DNA of 64,000 bases from Octopus sinensis (taxonomy: Eukaryota): contig NC_043003.1 of the NCBI RefSeq assembly GCF_006345805.1, positions 59,086,001 to 59,150,000 on the forward strand. The letters run 5' to 3'. How positions within the stretch are numbered: the first letter of the stretch is position 1; every line of letters starts with the position of its first letter. A program made the translations under genes and the position numbers. Under the pieces are notes generated by a model. It was not told where the DNA came from and searched no databases. It saw nothing but the letters and a program-made list of their open reading frames with translations. Positions 27,061 to 36,981 of the stretch are shown here, piece by piece.

Positions 27061-27358
27061 AGGTAAATAATTCTTCGAACAGACGGTCAACAGCGACGCC
27101 TTCTTGGTTCGGCTTCTCTACATTGATAAGGGGCAAATACCCCGAAACTAATCTGTGGATGCCAGACCAGCAAGGGGAAGCGGCTAACCTCCCCTGTTCG
27201 AAGGTTATAATGGACAAAGGTTCGTGTGTCACACAGCTAACTAGAGGCGATGGCCTCTTGGAGCTAATCAACGGCAGCATTCGTCCTATTTTCCTGGACT
27301 GTCATGTTAGCGAGACGATAACCAGTACCGCTGCCGTAGACTCTTTTAGAGAGACTTA
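27061..27358 (+). mobile_element. ~300-bp GC-richer non-coding element after (TA)n carrying a hammerhead-like motif (pLTR- or retrozyme-like)
   Basis: Abrupt composition change, hammerhead motif at 27117-27159, 10-bp complementary pair 27073-27082/27194-27203. Confidence 0.5.
27117..27159 (+). ncRNA. Minimal type-I hammerhead ribozyme-like motif, U3:A8 core variant
   Basis: TCTACA-TTGATAA-GGGG(CAAATA)CCCC-GAAA-CTAA-TC-TGTGGA. Stem I is 6 bp with one GU, stem II is 4 GC bp, cleavage triplet AUC, one mismatch in the short stem III. Confidence 0.65.
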
Positions 27359-27379
27359 AAAATATTAATATTTGTTTTC

Positions 27380-27710
27380 AGCAAGTAGACTACGGCCAAG
27401 CTGGGGCACCGCCTTGAAGGATTTTTATTCCAATGAGTCAGTCCCAGTACGTTTTTTGAAACCTGGTTCTAATTCTATCGAACTATCATTTATTCGGACG
27501 TAAACACACCAACACCAGTTGTCAACAGTGGTAGTGGACAAACACATACGCACACAAATGCGCGTGCGTGCACACACATATATATATACATAAGATGGGC
27601 TTCTTTCAGTTTCCGCCTACCAAATCCACTCACAAGGCTATAGTAGAAGACACTTGCCTAAGGATCCATGTGGTTGGAAAGTGACCTTACCACACAGCCA
27701 CGCATGCGCC
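27380..27710 (-). mobile_element. SINE group A, degenerate
   Basis: gatgggcttctttcagtttccgcctaccaaatccactcacaaggc and reverse tail motifs. Confidence 0.75.
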
Positions 27711-27716
27711 AGTATA

Positions 27717-27769
<53 letters not shown>

Positions 27770-28012
27770 CGTGTGTGTATGTATATGTGTGTGTGCCTCT
27801 TTTTCCTTTGTGTCTGTGTTTGTCACCAATTACCGCTTAATAACTGGTATTGTTGTGTTTACCTCCTCATAACTTAATGGTTCGGTAAAAAAAGACCGTT
27901 AGAATAAGGACCAGATTTAAAACGATAAAATTAAGGACTGGGGTTGATTCATTCGACTACAAAGTCTTCAAGGCGGGGCACCAGCATGGCAGTAGTCTTA
28001 TGAAAAAAAAAG

Positions 28013-28245
28013 CTTCCTTGGCCGAGCCAATCTCCTGACATGAACTCAATTGGAAATCTTTGGAGTATACTAGATAGAGCTATACGAAAAACTCGACAGA
28101 AACCTAAATCTAAATATGAAGTTTCGATTATTGCGTGAAAAGTGGGCAGAAATTCCACAAGAGACAATCTCAAAGCTCATCAGTTCAATGCCACAAAGAG
28201 TTTCTGAATTAAAAACTGCAATGGGAATGTCAGCTATATACTAAA
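28013..28245 (+). mobile_element. Tc1 transposase C-terminal fragment
   Basis: LPWPSQSPDMNSIGNLWSILDRAIRK...WAEIPQETISKLISSMPQRV. Confidence 0.8.
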
Positions 28246-28824
28246 GTATGTCGTCCTACCGATTGATTACATTTCAATTGTTTGCTTTGCGTATTAAATA
28301 AAGGATTTTGAAACTTAATGCTGTCTATTTACTTCTTGCATTTCTGCGTAGATATGTTAGATAGAGAGGGAATTTTCTGAGTGGTGAAGAATGTCAATAT
28401 ACTGGAGTGGTCAGCTAGTATACTATTCATATTTTGTTTACAGTCAGACTTCCGAAGCAATCAGTTGAAATTATTCGCATCAAAGATGTTTTGGTGGTAA
28501 TACCAGCGAGAGAAATAATTTTGTTTGTAGCCATGTCCCATCACCGACAATTCTATCACGAAGACTCTATTGTCTTATCTGTTGCAGCGTTTTTCCCGCT
28601 GCAGATTTAATCAAATCTGTTTCTGTGTTCGTCAGATTCTGTTCACTTGTCTGTTCTTCGCTATTCTTTTTATAAGCTTTGGTTAGCTTAACAAAGCTTG
28701 TCTGATTTTAAATTTAGTAATTCTGAATTCGTTTGAATTTATACCGACGTCAGTCAAAGAATATGATGTGTGGTTGCTTAGTGCCATTGGTTAGAATTTT
28801 TCTTTTTATGTCCTCACATTCGCC

Positions 28825-30099
28825 AGTTGTGAGAAGCTGCACAATGCTGGATTTTACGGGAGGGCTGCAATCAGAAAACCACTACTTTCAAAAACAAACG
28901 TTGCAAAGTGTTTAGAGTGGAGTAAAACCCTACAGAATTGATCCCTAGAGCACGTGGAAGAATGTTATTTTCTCGGACGTGTCATCCTTTACCTTATTTC
29001 CGACCACCGGCCGAGTATACATGTGGAGACAGCCAAAAGACCCAGACTGCATTCTTCCAATTGTAAAACATGGAGGAGGATCTGTGATGATCTGGGGAGC
29101 TATATCTTGGAAATCCGCCGGCTCGCTGCTTTCCCGTCGTGGTAGAATTAATAGTGAAGACTATTTAAGCATTTTATCTGCGGAACTGTTTCTGGAGGGA
29201 AACGCAATCTTTCAGGATTATAATTCACACAGCTAAAGTTGTTACTGAATGACACGAGGAACATTCTAGTGAAGTCGAACATCTTATCTGGCCAGCACAG
29301 TCCCCAGATCTCAATATTATTGAACATTAAGGTGTCGATATCCTCCATTATCATCACTACAAGAAGTGAAGACTGTTTTAGCTGAAGAATGGAGAAAATA
29401 CCTTCAAGCTTTGTACGAATCCATACCTCGTAGAATTCAAGCTGTAATTACTGCCAGAGGCTGTCCTTTTTTTCAAGCCTAGCTAGGATCATGGGCCCGG
29501 TGTGCCGGTTTCTGTGGCGTATGTGTTCCCCCCAGCTAGACGGGACACCAGTCCATCGCAGCGTTACTCAAGAAACAGGAAGAGAAAGTGAGAGAAAGTT
29601 GTGGCGAAAGAGTACAACAGGGGTCGCCACCACCCCCTGCCGGAGCCTCGTAGAGCTTTTAGGTGTTTTCGCTCAATAAACACACACAACGCCCGGTCTG
29701 GGAATCGAAACCGCGGTCTTCCAACCTCGACTCCGCTGCCCTAACCACTGGGCCATTGCGCTTCCACAAATAAATGCGCCCTTTTAAAGCCTCGCCAGGC
29801 TCATGGGCCCGGTTTCCCGATTTCAATGGCGTATGTGTTCCCCAGCCGGACGGGACGCTAGTCCATCGCAGCGTTACTCATTTTTGCCAGCTGAGTGGAC
29901 TGGAGCAACGTGAGATGAACTATTTTGCTCAAGAACACAACGTGTCGCCCGGTCCAGGAATCGAAACCACAATCTTACGATCATGATGCTGACACCCTAA
30001 CCACTAAGCCACGCGCCTTCACTTAAGGCTGTCCTACCCCATATTAAAATAAATTTGTTTGAAATTTTAAGATGATTCCATTATTTTATCCAGCCCCTG
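28825..30099 (+). mobile_element. Tc1 transposon relic, 5'-truncated, interrupted by a SINE dimer
   Basis: LHNAGFYGRAAIRKPLLSK, NVIFSD, VKHGGGSVMIWGAIS, IFQD, WPAQSPDLNIIEH, SIPRRIQAVITARGCPTPY*. Right end ...ttatccagcccctg|TA at 30099. Confidence 0.85.
29468..30025 (-). mobile_element. Head-to-tail dimer of two group C tRNA-derived SINEs with a 10-bp TSD
   Basis: Two heads with A box (tggc..agtggttag) and B box (gtttcgattcc), different bodies and a shared tail. aggctgtcct is duplicated at 29458-29467 and 30026-30035. Confidence 0.85.
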
Positions 30100-30555
30100 T
30101 ACATTCATGTGTGTGTAAGAACATGTAATGCGCTCATGTACAAGTTTATTGGTATGTAAGTGAATAATTATGCAAATCGGTACGTAAAGCAAAGATAATG
30201 AATGACCTTACACGCAAAACGATAAAGTAACGTTTGTACAGAGAACATACCTTATTAGATGCCATTGAAGGGAACATTTAATAGCTATCCTACAGTCATA
30301 TGTGTGAGAGGAGTTGTCTGAGAATTCAGGCTGTTTTGGATTAGTTGAATTTTTTCATTTGCTCTTGTGTGTTTTTATTGCGAATATTTGAATGTGTATT
30401 TTTTATATTTAGAGCTTCATAAGATTTGACGCTGCTAGTTTCTAGCTGCTTGAAAATCGAAATTTATCTATTGGGGTTGGGACAGTATTGTAAAATTGCT
30501 GCAGAGCTTTATGACTACCTCAAAACCCAGTTTCTGCAAAAGCTTTCGCCGACAG

Positions 30556-30790
30556 ATGCACAAAGCTGGATTTTACGGGAGGGCTGCCATCTGTAAAACC
30601 ACTACTTTCAAAAACAAACGTTGCAAAGCGTTTAGAGTGGAATAAAATCCTACAGAATTGATCCCTAGAGCACGTGGAAGAATGTTATTTTCTCGGACGA
30701 GTCATCCTTTATCTTATTTCCGACGACGTGTGGAGATAGCCAAAAGAAGCTTTTGACTCAGACTACCTTCTTTCAACTGTTAAACATGTG
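30556..30790 (+). mobile_element. Second fragment of the same Tc1 family
   Basis: Highly similar to 28838-29075, including IFSDES and TVKH. Confidence 0.85.
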
Positions 30791-30998
30791 GTTATCATTA
30801 TTCATGTTCCCGTTAACGATTTCACTATTCTTTGGGGAAATCTCTAAACACCATTTCAATGAATTAATGTTTTAGGCCTCGATGATAAAATTTGTATTAT
30901 GTAATTAACAATCATTTTCTGTTAATGAAACATTCGTAAAATACATGCAACTAATGACTTTGTGTATTGTTTTATTTTTCTCTCTATCCCCCTTTCTA

Positions 30999-31059
<61 letters not shown>

Positions 31060-31060
<1 letters not shown>

Positions 31061-31344
31061 CTTACTTGGAGAAGAAGAAACGGCGCGAGGCGTTCAATCA
31101 TATAATAATTTAATAAATAAAACATATACATACATACATATATGTACGTACCTACATCTATATGTATATATACATGCATATATGAGTACAGGACACCACA
31201 AATAAACGTAGAACACAACGAGAAACGAAAACATAAAATCAAACAAGGAAACGGACTTTTTTTAACAACGAAAAAACAGTACAAAACAAACAATACAAGG
31301 AATATTCCCCTTCATCAGCTGCCCCTGTTTCGACTCAATGCGTG

Positions 31345-31349
<5 letters not shown>
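31060..31349. repeat. Unclassified interspersed repeat in (TA)n; partial copies at ~26950-27050, ~34505-34600 (inverted) and ~39465-39640
   Basis: Shared block aataaataaaa.ata...atgtacgtacctacatctatatgtatatatacatgcatatatgagtacaggacacca. Confidence 0.75.
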
Positions 31350-31398
<49 letters not shown>

Positions 31399-31485
31399 TT
31401 AAATTATAAGGGTGAAAATTTGAAAAATATCAATTTAAAACCAGTGGTCTAGCATATTGAAAAATCTGAAGTTTCAGAAAAAAAT

Positions 31486-31678
31486 TATATTACATACATA
31501 TAAGAGGGATGACCTGTAAGTGGACATCCATTATGCTAGAAAAAGATTCACTATAGTCTTACCACTAAGAAAGGAATGTTCTCAAGAAAATTCCTTTCTT
31601 AGTGGTAAGACCATAGCGGATCTTCTAGCATAATAGATGTCCACTTATAGGTCATCCCTCTTATATGTATGTAATATA
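31486..31678. repeat. Near-perfect ~190-bp palindrome
   Basis: tatattacatacatataagagggatgacct...tcttaccactaagaaaggaat is mirrored by attcctttcttagtggtaaga...aggtcatccctcttatatgtatgtaatata. Tiny loop at about 31578-31589. Confidence 0.9.
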
Positions 31679-32303
31679 TAAATATATGTATGTACATTCT
31701 ATGTGTATGTATAATATGTTTGTGTGTACACACATATATACGCATATATCTACTTTAGAAGTTTTCATATCCTACTTATTGTGCCCAAATTTTGCCAATA
31801 TATATTTTTTTCTATTCGTTTCTGTAATACAAATTTATAAAGTTAAAAAAATGTAATAATCGTTACATACTGCAAGAAGAAAATAATCATCACCTGAGCG
31901 AAAGCCTTTTATCGTCAGCAACACACAGACACACGCATACACACACACACAGATAAACACACAGACACACACATATATATAAATACATATATAAATATGT
32001 GTATATGTGTGTGTGCTTACGTGCTTGCGTGTACGTGTGTGTGTGTATGTGTGCATAAATTCAGTTGGTATTTGCGATTTCAGTCCCACCAGTATTCCAA
32101 AGCTTTTCCACATAATATACGTTATGTGTCTAACGAATCTTATAGCGAGGAAAGTGTTGGAAATAAATCTTTCCTGTGAACATTAAAACTTCGGTATGAA
32201 ATTACAAGCTATTGTTGAGCTATGAAGTAAACTGTAACCTAATGCTTTACCATTAGGTTACAGTGACATACGGAAAGCAAACAACACCCGAAAAGAACAC
32301 CTG

Positions 32304-32304
<1 letters not shown>

Positions 32305-32399
<95 letters not shown>

Positions 32400-32575
32400 G
32401 CTGTCTGTCTGTCTGTCCTGTCTGTCTGTCTGTCTGTCTGTCCGTCCGTCCGTCCGTCCGTCCGTCCGTCCGTCCGTCCGTCCGTCGTCCGTCCGTCGTC
32501 GTCCGTCCGTCCGTCCGTCCGTCCGTCCGTCCGTCCGTCCGTCCGTCCGTCCGTCCGTCTGTCTGTCTGTCTGTC
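32305..32575. repeat. Compound tetranucleotide array (TCTA)-(TCTG)-(TCCG)-(TCTG)
   Basis: Direct reading. Confidence 0.95.
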
Positions 32576-32579
32576 ATTT

Positions 32580-33790
32580 TTTATAATTTAAATTTTTTTT
32601 AAAGTTTAATAAAAAATAACAATTAATTAATCAACAATGTTTTCACCTTTGTTGTTTACAACTTCTTTCCAACGTTCAACAAGATTTTCAATACCTCGTT
32701 GGTAGAAATCACCCGGTTTCGATTCGCGAAAATTGATCCATCCAAGCTCTCAATTGTGCATCAGTATTGAACGAAACTCCGCGCATAGCATATGCAAGAG
32801 ATCGAAAGAGGTGGAAATTCGTTGGTGCCAAATCAGGGGAGTGCGGCGGGTGTGGCTGTACCTCCCAGCCATGCGTTTGAATAGCTTCCTTGGTCTTATT
32901 GGCGATATGAGGGCGGGCGTTTTTGTGCAGCAGAAGAACTCCATACTGCCAATTAGGTCTTTTCTCTTGAACAGCCGTGTTCAGACGTTCCATCTGTTGG
33001 TTCTGTTTAAGCAATTCGTAACTGATAATCTCTTCCCAGTCCTACCATACGCACAACATCGTTTTACGCGGATGAGGATCTTGTTTCGCGCGGTGTCGCT
33101 TGTTTACCGGGGATAAGCCATTCCTTACGCTGCTTCACATTGATGTACAGGCACCATTTCTCGTCGCCAGTAACAATTCGGTAAAGAAATCTTTGCTTGT
33201 GTCCATGAGTTGAGCGGTGACGAGCAAGCAAGCCATCAGAGATTGTGGCTCGTTAAATGTTGTTGTTGTCACTTCAAGCATGCGGAATCCATGCTCCATA
33301 CTTATGAACCTTTCCCATCGAGTGAAGATGTTTCTCTAGAGCAGTGTGGGAATATTCCATTTTCTCTGCCAGTTCCCTTGTCGTTTGACGAGAATTCTCG
33401 TGCAAAAGTTGGTTTAATCGCTCTTCATCGAACACAACTGGACGGCCATAACGACATGGGTCTTTGAGGTCAAAATTTTCATTTTTGAACTTGGCATACC
33501 AATCACAAGCGGATCTTTCAGCCATGGCACCCTTTCCATACACAGCACAAATGTCGCGAACAGCTTTTGCGGCCATAGAACCTTGATTAAAAGCAAAAAG
33601 AAGGAGGTGTCGAAAATGCTCCATTTTCTTGACTTGACATTCCATTTTAATGATCTGAAAATGGACAAAAATTAACTAAAATTAACTAGAACCCCCCCAC
33701 CCCAAAAAACCCGAAAAAGATTCCAAAATTTAAAAACGCAATAAATTCCAAAATTAAAAAAAACGGCGGGAACTTAATTGCCAACCCAAT
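32580..33790 (-). mobile_element. mariner (DD34D-type) element with pseudogenised transposase
   Basis: Start MECQVKKMEHFRHLLLFAF, then GRP..FDEERL, AWIPHA*, RIVTGDEKWCLYIN, LLHKNARPH, HPPHSPDLAPTNFHLFRSL. One TIR (minus strand TA|ttgggttggcaattaagttcccgcc) at ~33765-33790. Stops present, and two catalytic D residues are altered. Confidence 0.9.
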
Positions 33791-33799
33791 ATTTATACG

Positions 33800-33831
<32 letters not shown>

Positions 33832-33833
33832 TG

Positions 33834-33887
<54 letters not shown>

Positions 33888-35001
33888 AAGATAGATAGAT
33901 AGATAGAGAGAGAGAGACAGAGAGACAGAGAGAGAGAAAGAGAAAGATTCATACCTACATATATAATTTGTTGAAGCCCAGCAGGTTCGTATACGGTTTC
34001 TGCTAATAACTGCAATTGGAGTAGATTACAGGTTATATGAGTGGAGTTCGTATTTGGTGTGAAATTTTAAATAGAAGAGAGTTCTTAAAAGCTGTAAAGG
34101 AAGATCAAAATTATTGAGCTTATCTGAGTCTTTTAGAGCTGATTATATTGATTATATAATGTTGAATTACCTGTAGGGCATATTGTTGTTTCACTGCTCT
34201 TGGATATTTCGTCACACGCTGCAGGCGATCACGCTGCAATAGCCGTACAGAGAGCTTTCTCTTGATAGTCTATTGGAGTTGTTCTCTATTCTTTTATTGG
34301 AGCAGTCAACCATTTCAGTCTCTTTGAATTCATAACAATTAAAAGTTATCAGGTTTCTGTTTTAAAGTAAATTTATAACAATAAGTCGAAATTCTGACCT
34401 TAGAGCGTCACAGAGAATAGTACTTGATACATCCTACAGTACTTGATCCAGCTCTCAGTAATCTGAGTTCAAATTCAGCCTAGGTCAACTTTAGTTAGAA
34501 GAGGACGCATTTAATGCATGTATATATACATATAGATGTAGGTATGTACATATATGTATGTATGTATGTATGGATGTATGCATATGTTTTATTTATTAAC
34601 TTGCTATTATATATATATATATGGCCTGCTCGCTTAGCCAGCGGGGTGGCGTCATTTAAAGGCTAAAACAATGCGAAGCGTATTGTGACCAGCGATGTGT
34701 AGCAACATCTGATAGCCTGGTCGGTCACGTGATTAATATATATATACATACATACATACATATATACATTCATTTAATATATATATATACGCATACATAT
34801 ACACATACATGCAATATATATACACATATATGCAATATATATATATATATAAACATTATATATATATATATGCAATATATACACACATATATATATATAC
34901 ATTTTATATATATACATATATTCAAAGTGTAACTACATGTGGATTGTTGGCCATTTTTTCCCCTCCGTATTCTTTTTCTCTTGGGCATTCCTTTGTCACC
35001 T

Positions 35002-35036
35002 GTTTCTGAAGCCGCGCTTTGCTCGAAACATAAAAC
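35002..35036 (+). ncRNA. Degenerate minimal hammerhead-like motif (C3:G8 type) in a ~200-bp element within (TA)n
   Basis: GTTT-CTGAAGC-CGCGC(TTT)GCTC-GAAA-C-ATA-AAAC. Stem I GTTT/AAAC is intact, but A9, stem II and stem III carry mismatches. Confidence 0.35.
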
Positions 35037-35126
35037 ACCCTTTCTTTCCTTCCCTGAGCGTCTTTTAAAATTTCGCATGTACTACGTCCTCGCGTTGTTG
35101 TTTTTTCCTTCTTTTTTTGGATTAAT

Positions 35127-35220
<94 letters not shown>

Positions 35221-35607
35221 GGGGGTTTCATGCATGCATAAATAAATAAATGTGTCCGGTCACCAGCAGCATGAGTGCAACTGGTAACATGTTTCATAGT
35301 CAGATTGTCGGCAATTAAGCAGCATGCTCACTAGCCTTGCCTGCTGAAAATGGTTTCTAGAAACCCCGTGAGACTAAAAATAACACCCCTCAGGAAGACG
35401 AATGAACCTAGCGTAGGTTCAACGAATATCTAGCAATAGCACTGGTCCTCGGAAATTCCAGGTTGGTGTTGGAAGACCACTGTGAGTGAGGTACTACTTA
35501 GCATTTCCTAAAGCTATTTCTAGGAGGTCACTCTGCTATAAAAGGAGACGTGCAGGGAATGGCACTGAAGATTTTGGGTATCTTGTGTTATATAATGATA
35601 ATAATAA

Positions 35608-36263
35608 TCCTTTCTATTAAAGGCACAAGACCTGGAATTTGGAGGAAAGGAACCAGTCGATTGCATCGCCTCCATTGCTCAAATGGTACATATTTCATCA
35701 ACCCCAAATGAATGAAAGGCGAAGTCAAACTCTGTGGAATTCCAACTCAGAACATAAGAACGGATGAAATGCCGCTAAGCATTTTGACGGGCGTGCTAAC
35801 GATTCTGCCAGCTCGCCGTTTATAATAATAATGACTCTGTTTACTAAAGGCACAAGGCCTGAAAATTTTGGGGAAGGGACTAGTCATTAACCCCAGTATT
35901 TCACTGGTGCTTAATTTATCGACCCCGAAAGGATGAAAAGCAAAGTCAAAGTCTGCGGAGTTTGAGCTCAGAACGTCAAAGCGGACGAAATGCCCCTACG
36001 TATTTCGTCCGGGTGCTAACGATTCTGCCAGCTCGTTACTAATAATAATAATCCTTTCTACTATAAGCACACGGCCTGGATTTTGTGAGGAGAGGGACAG
36101 TCGATCACATCGACCCTAGTACTCAACTGGTACTTAAATTGTCGACTCGGAAAGGATGAAAGGGAAAGTTGGCCTCGCCGGAATTTGAACTCAGAACGTA
36201 GCGACGGGCGAAATGCTGCTAAGCATTTCGCTCGGCTTTCTAACGAATCTGCCACCTCGCTGC
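35608..36263 (-). mobile_element. Three complete, diverged group B SINEs in tandem separated by (AAT)n
   Basis: Units at ~35608-35818, ~35837-36036 and ~36053-36263, each with its own head and tail. Confidence 0.85.
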
Positions 36264-36889
36264 TAATAGTGATTATAAAAAGTATTTCAATCGGCAATAA
36301 ATGATCCCTATTCCTGTGATACCCGATATTAAAATCACGTACAATGTTTATGTACATGCCTTATGCCCTTGTGTATATGTGAATATATGGGTTTATATTT
36401 ATATATTTTTTATGTGCACAGATTGTGCATTTCTGCCTTTTCTTGTAATTCACGGCTTTTCAAGCACGACCGTAATTTTTTGCTAATTCATAAAGAAGAG
36501 ACACTTTAGACCGTTATAGACCGCTTTGCTTTATAACGGCTAATAACTGTCTAAATGTTTCCTTTCTTGAATAATCAAAAAACATCACTATAGTGTTTTC
36601 ATTTATCTGTTCTCTCCCCCTCTTGCTCTTCTCACTTTTGCCGTTTTCTCATATTTTCTCTCTGTGGTGGTTTAGATGACAAGAAAGAAAACGAAACAGA
36701 AAAAAGAAATAGAAAAAAATTGAACATTTTCATTTGCTTTGCACATTCACTTGAGTAGGATTAAGGGCCTTTTTCACCCCCTTCTCTCAATATCTCCACA
36801 TTCTCTCACCTCTTTCTTTTCCTGCATCTCTTTCCCTTATCTTTTTCATCTTCCTTTACCTCTCTCTTTACGTATGTACATACATAAAA

Positions 36890-36921
<32 letters not shown>

Positions 36922-36926
36922 GTATA

Positions 36927-36981
<55 letters not shown>

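Noticed and set aside
29690-30023. tRNA-like sequences with A and B boxes
   Set aside because: They continue into SINE bodies and lack a proper acceptor stem, so they are SINE heads rather than tRNA genes.
31300-31349. GAAAC and CTGATGA close together on the minus strand
   Set aside because: The order and stems do not give a hammerhead fold in this truncated copy.
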